This document shows positions 24,518 through 36,642 of a stretch of DNA of 64,000 bases, one piece after another (the stretch's first letter is position 1; every line of letters starts with the position of its first letter). This DNA comes from Octopus sinensis (taxonomy: Eukaryota). The translations under genes were made by a program, and so were the position numbers. Location of the stretch: positions 23,250,001 to 23,314,000 of the forward strand of contig NC_043016.1 in the NCBI RefSeq assembly GCF_006345805.1. The letters run 5' to 3'. The notes under the pieces are model-generated. The model did not search any database and had not been told where the DNA came from. It saw only the letters and a list, made by a program, of their open reading frames with translations.

Positions 24518-24878
24518 TCATCATCATCATCATCATTTAGCGTCCGCTTTCCATGCTAGCATGGGTTGGACGGTTTAACTGGGGTCTGTGAAGCTGGAAG
24601 GCTTCGTCAGGCCCAGTCAGATCTGGCAGTGTTTCTACGGCTGGATGCCCTTCCTAACGCCAACCACTCCGTGAGTGTAGTGGGTGCTTTTTACGTGCCA
24701 CCCGCACAGGTGCCTGACAGAGCTGGCAAACGGCCACGAACGGATGGTGCTTTTACGTGTCACCAGCACGGGGCCAGGCGATGCTGGCAACGGACACGAA
24801 CAGATGGTGCTTTTACGTGCCACCGACACGGGGGCCAGACAGAGCTGGCAAACAGCCACGAACGGATGGTGCTTTTAC
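24518..24878 (-). repeat. RTE-tail repeat with internal ~61-bp minisatellite and (GAT)n tail
   Basis: Reverse complement of the 3' part of 42560-43170. Confidence 0.85.
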
Positions 24879-25267
24879 AGAATTTGTAAATTTGGAAGAA
24901 GTGAAGAAAAAAATGACGGAGGTGTTATAAGGCATCACTTCACAAGAGTTCCAGCACTGCTTCGAACAGTGGAAAACACTTCTAGATTGATGCATTGCTT
25001 CAAATGGAGAATACTTTGAAGGTGATAACAGTGTAAACATGCAAAACCAAGTGAATAAAATAATATTGCAAAATTCTGGTTTCTTTTGGGCCCTCTCTCG
25101 CATATATATATATATAGTTGGAATTTACAATTAAAAAAAAATGAAGACAGGTGTGTAAACAACAAACAGGTGTATTAGTTTAACGCTCGGGAAGGTGAGA
25201 AAGTCTTTTACATTTTGAGCCTATGCTCTTCAACAGAAAGAAAGATGAGAAAATAAATGGATGTATA

Positions 25268-25627
25268 TATAACAATAGCAATAATTCTAGGATGGAATTA
25301 ATAGATATTTAATACATCGCTATGTACATTTCCACAAATCACATGATTTTGATATTAGAGTCAGTATCCTTGGAATTAACACAGTATTATAGTCTGTATT
25401 ATCCATGGGCATCCAGTTGATTATCATTATTAATTCATTTCATCAATATTGCTTGATGAAATAAATAAATGATGATGATCAACTGAATGACCATAGATAA
25501 TACAACTATACTGTGCTAATCTTAAGGATACAGACTCTGATGTCAAACTCATGTGACTTGTGGAAACATATGTAGCAATGTATTAAATATTTATAAATTC
25601 CATCCTAGAATTATTGTTATTGTTATA
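25268..25627. repeat. Fold-back (MITE-like) element, ~170-bp imperfect arms
   Basis: aataattctaggatggaatt...catcaatattg / cttgatg...aattccatcctagaattatt. Confidence 0.8.
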
Positions 25628-26415
25628 TTTATCCTACATTATATTGGTATAATCATGATGCAACCTTGAAAAACTGACTTACTAGTCAGTATAATTAGAC
25701 AGCAGCCGGCATAATGAAATTGGAGCTCTGTTTGCATACCCTTAACATTACCATAAATGAATCTAAAAGATATATAATACACACACACATAGACTGGATG
25801 ATGTGTTGTGTTCTTGAGCAAAACATTTCATCTCACATTGCTCAGCAATTACTTCAACATCTGATGCATTGGTACATAGCGTACCTGTTCAGGCAATGTT
25901 CATTTGGTGGAGGGAATGAGTTTAATGTACAGCACATAACTTTGATCACTATAAACAGGTTTTTTTTTGGCAAAAGCTGAATGATCATACACCTTCAATA
26001 AGAGAATCCATCACAAACACACACACACACACACACACAAACACAATAAGAGAATCCATCACAAGCACACACACTCACAAACGCACATACATCTATATAC
26101 GAATATATATGCATGTATGTGTGTATAATATCTAATCCATAATTATTACTGAAGCCAAATATAATTTTACTGGACTAACGGTTACAGATCAAATGTATAT
26201 ATATATATATATATATATATACAAAATAAGAAAATGGAGAAATACACTTTAATCAATAATCAACTACCAGATAATACCCATTCACATAATTTATTAACCA
26301 ACTACATATGAACATCAAGATCAAACACAATAATATAGAACAAAACTGCACATCAATGAGTAATATGATACAATAAGTACAATTCGTATAAATAAATATA
26401 AATATAAATATAATA

Positions 26416-26714
26416 TACTCTTTTACTTGTTTCAGTCATGTGACTGTGGCCATGCTGGAGCACCACCTTTAGTCAAGCAAATCGACTCTAGGACTTATTC
26501 TTTGTAAGCCTTGTACTTATTCTATCGGTCTCTTTTGCCGAACCACTAAGTTATGGGGACATAAACACACCAGCATCGGTTGTCAAGCGATGTTGGGGGG
26601 ACAAACACAGACACACAAACATATACACACACATACATATATATATGCATATATATGACAGGCTTCTTTCATTCTCCGTCTACCAAATCCACTCACAAGG
26701 CTTTGGTTGGCCCG
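26416..26714 (-). mobile_element. SINE family A lacking its tRNA head (truncated by the adjacent element)
   Basis: Match stops at ttggttggccc. Confidence 0.85.
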
Positions 26715-26864
26715 GAATTTTTTAGACGCATGCTTACAGTGATAAATTATATGGTTATTGACGATTTGTCTATTTTCGGCATATTTGGCTTTAAAATTTT
26801 TTTCTTTTGCCCTTGTTTATAAGTTGTATATACATATATAATTTGAAACTGACTTATTGGAAGT

Positions 26865-26907
26865 CCACCTGAAGATTGTCGATCAAGACAAGAAACAATT
26901 GTAGTGG
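26865..26907 (+). ncRNA. Intact minimal type-I hammerhead ribozyme (Penelope-type), predicted cleavage after GUA (26903)
   Basis: CCAC-CUGAAGA-UUGUC(gaucaa)GACAA-GAAA-C-AAUU-GUA-GUGG. All core nucleotides are present, with stem I 4 bp, stem II 5 bp and a palindromic stem III ACAAUUGU. Confidence 0.8.
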
Positions 26908-26995
26908 CGGTTTTTTTTGACTATTTATTAAAATTTTATGTATTGATTAAGTCTTTCCTTGTTTGTTTTGCAAAATAGTGGTTTTGTCTCTAATA

Positions 26996-27081
<86 letters not shown>

Positions 27082-27189
27082 CTTTGGAGTATACGTATCC
27101 CATCATCATCATTATCATTCTTTCACATCCATTTTCCAAGCTCGCATGAGGTGGATGTTTGACAAGAACCTGTGAATCAGAGGACAATC

Positions 27190-27560
27190 AGTGTTTATGT
27201 TACACATCGAATGGAGCATGCTAACTTCATTTCTTTCCAGTCTTCTCAAGTGTTCTATTTTCAAGGTCCATGTTTTACTACCATACAGCACTGTAGTTCT
27301 AATATAAGCATCATACAATCTAATTCTTAAGCAGTAGGAAAAGACCTTTGTTGCCAATAAAGGTAGAAGTTCCCTGAACTTTCTTCATGTCCTTACTCTG
27401 GTTACTATACTTTCAAAGCAACCACCACACTTGCTAATTACATCTCCGAGATAACAAAAGTTATCAACTGTTTCAAGAATGCCATCAGAGCATTTAAGAG
27501 GACATATTTTTGGTGTATACTACTCCAGTGCATCCATCACATACAAAGCTTATGTTCTTA
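27190..27560 (-). mobile_element. RTE-clade LINE RT C-terminal fragment
   Basis: ORF track peptide RLYDAYIRTTVLYGSKTWTLKIEHLRRLERNEVSMLHSMCNI is the RTE RT C-terminal motif. Confidence 0.85.
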
Positions 27561-27922
27561 TCTAGCCTACCTATCATTCTACTACATCTCTTGTGTGTCC
27601 ATAGCTTACATTGGGTATAACATATGGAGTTTATTCCTACTCCATTCTGCATACTGAGCAAGACCATTTTCCTGAATATATCAAAGACCTCCCTTTCCTA
27701 CTTACTAAAACCTCCGTTTTTGTTAAGTTTACCTTAAAAACGCTCATATAGCATCATTATCATCATCATCATCATTACCATCACCATCATCATCATCATC
27801 ATTTAACATCTGTTTTCCATGGATTGTACAGTTTGACATGAGCTTGCAAAGCTAGAAGCTGCAATAGGCTCTAGTACATACATACAGTCATACATATTTA
27901 CATACATTCATACATACATACA

Positions 27923-27984
<62 letters not shown>

Positions 27985-28169
27985 CTTTATTAAAAAGCAG
28001 CAAAAATATCACAAAACTGTTACTTAGAGTTTCATGTTCCTGGTGAACGTGAAACTCTGAGTAACAGTTTTTGTGATATTTTTGCTGCTTTTTAATAAAG
28101 CATATTACTCTACCTCTGGTATTCGAGTACTATTTTCTCCCACCTTGTTTCACTTTATGTGCTTACTCT

Positions 28170-28172
<3 letters not shown>
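27985..28172. repeat. Hairpin element: 55-bp inverted arms (27985-28039/28045-28100), 5-nt loop, plus 70-bp tail before (TA)n
   Basis: Direct reading of the inverted arms. Confidence 0.9.
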
Positions 28173-28210
<38 letters not shown>

Positions 28211-28925
28211 ATCTATATATATATAAATAGATAGATATTAATTGAAGTGTACAGTATTATACATCTATTATGGCTGATGTTACCGATTGGTTTTGCACTA
28301 GGGGTTCAACAGAGTGTTAGGTAACAGTCCGATTATGTAACCTTGCATTCTTCAGAAATGGCAGTTATGGAATGGAATATGGTGACTGCTCTCTATCGTT
28401 GGAGGTGAACAGATACATTTGGTTTGTGGTTGGTGTGATATATAGGGATTCAAACCCCAAATATAAGATGTTCTGTTAAGGATCACAAACAAGCCATCAT
28501 GGTCTCATGTGATTGATCTATAAATCAACCAATTAGCGTGAAGCTATGGCATGATCTATTTCTTTGGGTGATCTAGAATTTGTTCTCTTTTCATCCTTTA
28601 AAGACCATTTGGTGCTTGCATAGACTACCTTGGGCACTCACAGAAGGCAAACCACTAAGATCAGAGCACCTTAGACATTCGGACAGATAATCTTGGGCAA
28701 CAAACAACTTTGGACAATCAAACACGATGTTAAACTTTTACAAGACTTAGCAGTTTTCTCTTCTCAGTCACCAGTTATATTACCAGCATCTTTCTTTTGT
28801 AAACAGTCAAGGCAGTAAATCATGTCTAGTAATGAATATGTTAGAAGTTAAAAATGCAGCATGCTAGATCGCATGATGATGGCCACCACCACCACCACCA
28901 CCACCACCAAAAATCTATCTCCCTC

Positions 28926-28966
<41 letters not shown>

Positions 28967-28984
28967 ATACACACAGACTTAATT

Positions 28985-29340
28985 GCCAACCACATGGTTC
29001 TGGGTTCAGTTTCCATGCATGGAACTTTGGGAAAATGTCTTATACTATAGCCTTGGGCCAACCAAAGCATTGAGTGAGTTTTGTAGATGGAAACTGAAAG
29101 AAGCCCGTCGTATATATACATGTGTGTGTGTGTATTTGTCCTCCCACCGTTTGACAAACGGTGTCGGTATGTGTATGTAACTGCAACTTAGCCGTTCGGC
29201 AAAAGAAACCGATAAATTAAGTACCACGCTTTAAAAAAAATGTAGTGGTGTCGATTCATTCGACTAAAAATTCTTCAAAGTGTTGCCCCAGGATGACCTT
29301 AGTCTAATGATTGAAACAAGCAAGAGATGAAAAGATAAAT
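28985..29340 (+). mobile_element. SINE family A (head-truncated)
   Basis: Matches 29609-29986. Confidence 0.8.
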
Positions 29341-29608
29341 GATATCGACATATAAAAGGGACTGCTCTCTCCACACGCACACGTAGAGAGGGCAGGGATT
29401 AGTCATGTAAATCCCGTCCATCACCAGACTAATATTTCATTTTATTGATCCCTGAAGAATGAAAAGCGAAGTTGTCTTCCGCAGGATTTAGGCTCAGAAC
29501 CATAAAAAAATCCCACATGGCATTTTCCCCAGTGACCAAACAAATCAACCACCAAATTACAATATCTTTACATGCACACAAAGGATAAAATAAAGGAAGA
29601 GTATATAT

Positions 29609-29986
29609 AGGCGCAGGAGTGGCAGTGTGGTAAGTAGCTTGCTAACCAACCACATGGTTCTGGGTTCAGTCCCACTGTGTGGCATCTTGGGCAAGTGTCT
29701 TCTGCTATAGACCCGGGCCGACCAATGCCTTGTGAGTAGATTTGGTAGACGGAAACTGAAAGAAGCCTGTCGTATATATGTATATATATATATATTATAT
29801 ATATATATATGTATGTGTGTGTGTTTGTGTGCTGGTGTGTTTACATCCCCGTCACTTAGCGGTTCGGCAAAAAGGACCGATAGAATAAGTACTGGGCTTA
29901 CAAAGAATAAGTCCCGGGTTCGATTTGCTCGACTAAAGGCGGTGCTCCAGCATGGCCGCAGTCAAATGACTGAAACAAGTAAAAAG
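29609..29986 (+). mobile_element. SINE family A, full length
   Basis: aggcgcaggagtggc...gggttcagtccc head through tgaaacaagtaaaa tail. Confidence 0.9.
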
Positions 29987-30616
29987 AAAAAAGAAAAAGA
30001 ATATATATATGTAATAAAATTTCCAGATTTGCCATATTTCGTTTAAGTTATTTACTTCTCTTCTTTCACTCAATAAACTTGTCACAGCCCTAAATTATTC
30101 GTAATTTTATGAATATTTGCTGATGTCTGATGTTGAAAAAAACCCCCCCAAAAACAAAAAAAATCTCGAGAATACCATTCAACGCGTATTCTTCGAAGTA
30201 CTTTATGTATTAGCGAGTGTGTGTGTGTAATTTTCGTCTTTTTTCTTTGATATTTACCTTAAAGTATTATAAGAGTGTTCTCCCTTGTATCATACTTTTT
30301 TCTGAAGTTTTCTCAGTTCTCAGGTGTGTTTGCAAACGCCTGCACACACACACACACACACATACACACACAAACAAACACGCGCACACACACTCTCCCC
30401 CCCCTCCCTCTCTTCCTCTCTCTGTTTATAATAAAGCTGTTTATTCCTGTTTTTCTTTCGATGGTGTTTGTCTAAAAATGGGAACAGAAACTTTGACGAG
30501 AATAGAATGCGAACGATTCAGCTGGATGAGCTGAGATAAGACTAAACAATTATGGCAAATGAAGGAAAGCCAAATCTTAAATACACATCCGAAGAAATTT
30601 TCTGTTCTAATAAGAA

Positions 30617-30630
30617 CTATGTATGTATGT

Positions 30631-30669
<39 letters not shown>

Positions 30670-30808
30670 CATGTATGTATGTATGTGTGTATGTATGCAT
30701 GCATGTACGTATGTATGTATGTACGTACGTACGTATGTATGTATGTATGCATGTATGTATGTATGTATGTGTGTGTGTGTGTGTGTGTATGTATGCATGC
30801 ATGCATGA
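30617..30808. repeat. Compound (TATG)n/(TG)n microsatellite
   Basis: Direct reading. Confidence 0.95.
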
Positions 30809-30999
30809 AATACTCTTTGTCTTGCTCACCATCTTTTAAATCTTAAGGAAGTTTACTATCTTTTAAATCTTGCAGATTTTTATCATCTCAGATAGTCTCG
30901 ATCATTTGTAGTATATGAATGAAAGAGTCACATTCCTTCTTTAAGAACCAAAATTCAGTTATGCTTTTCTCCAGGCAGGTTGGTATATATACTTTCTAC

Positions 31000-31205
31000 T
31001 ATTGGCACAAGGCCTGAAATTGTGGAGGAGGGGGGTACCTATCGATTAGATCGATTCCAGTAAGCAACTGGTATTTAATTCATCGACCCTGAAAGGATGA
31101 AAGGCAAAGTTGACCTTGGCGGATTTTTAACTCAGAACTAAACGACTGGTGAAATACTGCGAAGCATTATGTCCAGCATGCTAACAATTCTGCCAGCTCA
31201 CCACT
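31000..31205 (-). mobile_element. SINE family B
   Basis: atcgaccctgaaaggatgaaaggcaaagttgacc...ctgccagctcacc. Confidence 0.8.
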
Positions 31206-31269
31206 GTAGGTTGGTATATATCCTGTTGTTTCATTAATAATAATAGATATGAAACTAGAAGAGTATCTT

Positions 31270-31500
31270 AGGTACTAGATTTGCAAACTCCTTATCCATT
31301 GTCCATACATGTTTTCTTCCTCCTGTATTTCCCCCGGCTGCTTCAGTGTCACAATGTCTGTTTTATATGACATAAATATAGATTTAAGACCACAGCTACC
31401 CTCCTTGCATAAGAAGTATAGTTTGTTTACATCTTCACTGATTTTCAACATTCCATTGGAAAAATTGTTCACCTCTTCCACCAGAGCAATCATCACCTCA
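31270..31500 (-). mobile_element. Non-LTR retrotransposon RT C-terminal fragment
   Basis: DVNKLYFLCKEGSCGLKSI resembles the conserved DxDRLYLPRKEGGRGL motif. Confidence 0.6.
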
Positions 31501-32407
31501 ACCCAAAGTAGCTTGCTATAATTAGTTTATTGTTAATCTATATTTTTTTAATGTTGTACATATTTAAGCCATTAGTATATAAAAAGGCTGTATCTGACCC
31601 ACATATTCTACAAGTTTTATATTCAAACTGGCTAGATCTTGCCTCTAACAGCTTTCCTACAATGTTGTTCTAAAAATATGACCAAATCATTGAAATCTCA
31701 AAGCTATGAGATAATGCATGATTAATTGAAAACAATGTAAATAATTTAACAGAATAATCCTGAATGCTAAAGGACTAATGTGAAAGTCTGAAAAATGCCC
31801 GCCAAAACCTAGTTTAATAAAATTAACTGAACTGGCAGAATCATTAGGAAGTTGTACAAAATTCTTTGTGACAATTATTCTGACTCATTGCATTTTGAGT
31901 TCAAATTCTACCAAGTACCAACTTTGTCTTTCGTCCTTTTGGTATCAATGTAATTGATTATCTTCCTCCGTCAAAATTGACGGCCATGTACCTAGATGAG
32001 AAACAATTATATAAACCACTTTCAGCATTGAAAACCCATTCAAAAATACACAACGGCTGTTAACTTCACTTAAACATTTATACCATTTTGTGTCAAGATT
32101 TTTGTTGCACCAACTGCGACATTGGTCATTGATGAAATTTCCACAAGAGTGATGCAACGAAAATTTTGACACCAAATAATAAACGTTTAAATGAAGTTAA
32201 CAGTATTTTGTATTTTTGTTAGGCAAGTACAATTCTGAAATTACATAAGTAAAATGGTAAAATATTACCATATGCTCTATTTGTTACAGTAGTGACAGTG
32301 CTGTTGCTGTTGATAAAACTCATCTATCTTCATTTAGTAGACCTATGATCAAAGATGTTCCGGCATGACCATTTTTCTCTCTATCAAAGGTGACAATTCA
32401 ATATGTA

Positions 32408-33460
32408 TGAGGTGCATTTAAAAAGTATCTGATTTTATTTTTGTCTCCTGCTAAAACTAATGCCACGTGGACAAAATATTTTGGGTTGGAAGTGACACCA
32501 TCCTTCTTGTGCATGCATGAAAATTTTAGTACCAGCAGGCCATGTCAATATCTGGCTGTTTAGAATACAGATGTGTAGTGTGTACTTGTCAGATTTTCAT
32601 TTTCACACACATTGAACAGAGATGATAAACTAGCGATGGATGATAGTCTTCATAAAGTTTGGGTCATGGTTTGCACAGTCCAACATGTCCTGAGTGATTT
32701 CTTTATAGAGTTGCTTCTGTTGCTCCACCAGTACCTTTGGGACAAATTTTGCCAACACTCTCTGCAAGCATAAATCCTCCAATTTCTTAGATTGTTACAT
32801 GATGGTCTTTCATCAGTATTTGCCAAACCTTCTCAATTGGCACCTTGATTTGGCTTGTGGATGGCCTGCCTTAGTGTGCCTTGCTCTTCACTCAGGTGTG
32901 GCAATATTTGAAGTGGTTGTACCATTCCTTGATCTGAGTTTTGCTCACGGAGTCATTACCAAAGGCCTGCTGAATCTTGTGTATGGTTTGAGCATGAGCA
33001 TAAATAAATAAATGCGCCCTTTTAAAGCCTAGCCAGGTTCATAGGCCCAGTTTCCCGGTTTCTATGGCGTATGTGTTCCCCAGCTGGACGGGACACCAAT
33101 CCATTGCAGCGTTACTCATTTTTGCCAGCTGAGTGGGATGGAGCAATGTGAAATGAAGTGTTTTGCTCAAGAACACAACGCGTCGCCTGGTCCAGTAATC
33201 GAAACCACAATCTTACGATCATGGTGCTGACAACCTAACCATTAAGCCACGTGCCGCCACTTGAGCATGAGTATCATCAAGATTTTAACAAAATTTGATT
33301 CAAAATCTCAGGTTGCTGCATTTGGTGAAAATGAAAATCTGATAAGCACACATTCCTCATCTTCACCAAGGGCATAACAGCTGAAAACTGACGTGACCTA
33401 TTGGGGGAAAAATTTCCAAAGTAATTTTTTTTTTGTGCACGAGAAAATTCCTAACTCTAT
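32408..33460 (-). mobile_element. Decayed mariner with a family C SINE insertion
   Basis: The minus strand encodes LQRVLAKFVPKVLVEQQKQL...HDPNFMKTII. Confidence 0.75.
32999..33260 (-). mobile_element. SINE family C with 11-bp TSD ttgagcatgag
   Basis: TSD at 32988-32998 and 33261-33271; tRNA-like head at the right end. Confidence 0.9.
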
Positions 33461-33465
33461 TCTAC

Positions 33466-33884
33466 AAGTGCAGTCGTGGCTGTGTGATAAGAAGCTTGCT
33501 TCCTAGTCATATGATTCTGGGTTCAGTCCCACTGCATGGTATGTCGGGGGGAGTGTCTTCTACTATAGCCCCAGGCCGACCAAAGCCTTGTGAGTGGATC
33601 TGGTAGACGGAAACTGAAAGAAACTCGTCGTATGTATGTATGCATGCATGTATGTATATATGTATGTATCTGTGTGTGTGTGTCTTTGTCCCCCTCACTA
33701 CCGCTTGACAACCGATGCCGGTGTGTTTACGCCCCCGTAATCTAGCGGTTCAGCTAAAGAAAACGATAGAATAAATACCAGGTTAAAAAAAAAAGTACTG
33801 GGGTCGATACATTCGACTAAAAATATTCTTCAAGGTGGTGCCCTAGCATGGCCGCAGTCTTATGACTGATACAAGCAAAAGATA
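33466..33884 (+). mobile_element. SINE family A
   Basis: Full-length copy. Confidence 0.85.
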
Positions 33885-34295
33885 AACGATATGAATACAC
33901 ATACACACACTTAAACTTCGCACCACCGTGTATAAAAGAGCGTATCTAAAGGAAACGTAACTCATCTTCGTTGTATCGCTAATTCCTGTATTTTATACAT
34001 GTATATATGGTATTATATTTGTAAGTAGTGTTAGGTAAAATTAAATCAAATTGTAGAGCTTTTAATACGTATCAGGGAGTGTATATAAAATTTCTATGTC
34101 ATACTTTATCGTAATTTCAAAGTTGACAACAGACATATTGCGGCGAAGAATCGTATTAGCTAGCGTGCACCGTAACCGGATGTTTACAATGCGTTGTCAT
34201 CGATACCGAATGCGGTGTATTAACCATTATTTACTTAGATAAAAATTCTCCAGTGATTTCTTTCGCCAGCATAAAACTGAAAGTCATATATAAGG

Positions 34296-34404
34296 AAGGA
34301 TCGACGATCCTTCGGTATAGGTACCGTAAGTGGCTTTGTTTACATTTCTGAAGATAACAGAAACCCTTTTCTCCTACCCCTAACACAAACCCTAACCCCC
34401 CCCC

Positions 34405-34435
<31 letters not shown>

Positions 34436-34500
34436 CACTTTCTTGAAATGTATCCGGTACTTCCGGTACCTATACCGAAGTTACGCCGAAGGATCTTTAA
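34296..34500. repeat. Short element with inverted termini (cttcggtataggtaccg / cggtacctataccgaag) and cctaaccc tract, Helentron/HINE-like
   Basis: The 17-bp inverted repeat is read directly; the class is inferred. Confidence 0.5.
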
Positions 34501-34832
34501 CTGATATATATATATATTAATAAATATGTCCATTCTTCATAGTATGAGATACTCTCTACGCAGACCGTTAAATCACAAGCAGACGTGTAGCAAGAAGGGG
34601 TGGGAATGTGGGTAGTCGTCCATCCCTCCCTCCCACCCACGAACGCAGAGTATCCTCTGTCTTGGCTAGCCTTTCACTCCTGTTAATTAAGGTGTGGTTG
34701 AGTACCAAAAGTGTCTTTGCATTCTGATGCGGTGATAAACCTTGATACGCACTGACCAACAAGTAATGTATTACATAATACAGAATCTAACTGTCCCCAC
34801 CTTCTCCCCCACCCTTCCCTCTATATATAATA

Positions 34833-35227
34833 CTAGCAGTATCGCCCGGCGTTGCTCGGGTTTGTAAGGGAAATAACTATAAAGCATTTTTAGAGAGTTA
34901 TAGCCAAAAAATAGCAAAAAAATGCATTAAAATGGGAAAAAATATGATGGTAAATTTTTTTAAAAATCGTTGACGCATCGTAGACATTTTTAGAGAGTTA
35001 CTTCCCTTATATTTAGAAAAATATGCATTAAAATGGATACAATGATGGTAAATTATTTTTAAAATCGTAGACTCATCGTAGACTCGCGCTAATATCCAGA
35101 AGGGCTCGATATGAATCACGACTATAAGATACCCGCTTTTGGTTAAACTGCACCGCAAAATGTGGGAGTAGTTAGGAATCTAAATCAGAGTAGACAGACG
35201 CACAACCTTACTTTTATATATAAAGAA
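34833..35227 (-). mobile_element. Non-autonomous Helitron
   Basis: The minus strand starts TC(T)TTATATATAAAAG and ends with hairpin cccgagcaacgccggg + ...CTAG, followed by T. Confidence 0.85.
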
Positions 35228-35496
35228 GATAATCCTTGTATAGGTCCACCAATGAATTACTAGCCACGAAAAAAAACTGCACGTGAAATAAATCGGGAAG
35301 AACGAAAGGAAACGAGATTAAACTGGAAAACTTAATCCGTTGCCAAGGTTACCACGTGAGCACTTTTTCAAACAAACAGCTCAAGGAAGCATCCAGCTAA
35401 AACTAAAGCTGAACAACTAAGGTATGTATAATTGCAGGTATTATGTGCGTATGTGTGTGTGTATACATAAATACATACGTACGTACATACATACAT

Positions 35497-35533
<37 letters not shown>

Positions 35534-35584
35534 TAAATACATACATACATGCATACATACATACATACATCATACATACATACT

Positions 35585-35976
35585 TACTCTTTTACTTGTT
35601 TCAGTCATTCGACTGCGGCCATGCTGGAGCACCGCCTTTAGTCGAGCAAATCGACCCCGGGATTTATTCTTTGTAAGCCCAGTACTTATTCTATCGGTCT
35701 CTTTTGCCGAACCGCTAAGTGACGGGGATGTAAACACACCAGCATCGGTTGTCAAGCAATGCTAGAGGGACAAACACAGACACACAAACATATACATACA
35801 TATATATACATATATACGACAGGCTTCTTTCAGTTTCCGCCTACCAAATTCACTCACAAGGCATTGGTCGGCCCGGGCCTATAGCAGAAGACATTTGCCC
35901 AAGATGCCATGCAGTGGGACTGAACCCAGAACCATGTGGCTGGTTAGCAAGCTACTTACCACACAGCCACTCCTAT
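35585..35976 (-). mobile_element. SINE family A (young)
   Basis: Full-length, CpGs retained. Confidence 0.9.
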
Positions 35977-36264
35977 GCATACATACACACATACATTCAT
36001 GCATATATGCACACACACAGACACACACACACACGGTATGTATATTTTGGTCGTCTTTCTGAAAGTTGATGAAACCACTCTGAACATCACTAATTTGATT
36101 AAATTTACCTATTAATTAATAACTTTCTCTCTGTGATTAATGTGTGTATGTGTGTACATCACACAGGAGCATCTTCCTTACACAACAAAAGCCCTTGCCA
36201 AGAAGATTTACAGAAATGATTCATGATTGTTGCCATTATATGACTTTTAGGCCCGGCCAAGCTT

Positions 36265-36276
36265 TTACACATTTTA

Positions 36277-36307
<31 letters not shown>

Positions 36308-36640
36308 CATACATACATACATACATGCATGCATGCATGCATGCATGCATGCATGCATGCGTGCATGCATGCATGCATACATACATACATACATACACAC
36401 ACATACGCACATACATACATACGCACATACATACACACATACATACATTCATACATACATACATACATACATACATACACACACACACATACATCATACA
36501 TACATACATACATACATACATACATACACACATACATACACACATACATACATACATTCATACATACATACATACATACATACATACATACATACATACA
36601 TACATACATACATTCATACATAAATTTATACATACATACA
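36265..36640. repeat. Long compound (TACA)n/(TGCA)n microsatellite
   Basis: Direct reading; it explains the His/Thr/Tyr/Ile and Met/Tyr/Val/Cys ORFs. Confidence 0.95.
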
Positions 36641-36642
36641 TA

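Larger units (their letters stand above)
22870..25100 (+). mobile_element. Non-autonomous mariner (catalytic domain deleted), interrupted by a hAT element and an RTE-tail repeat
   Basis: Segments 22870-23219, 24145-24517 and 24879-25100 are colinear with the reverse complement of 40419-41271. Translation includes MKRVAAKFV and ...IASNGEYFEG. Confidence 0.85.

Noticed and set aside
31945-32175. Cys-rich 76-aa ORF, and an opposite-strand LVIDEIS (Walker-B-like) string
   Set aside because: There are no supporting splice sites or flanking helicase motifs; the ORF ends in a SINE fragment.
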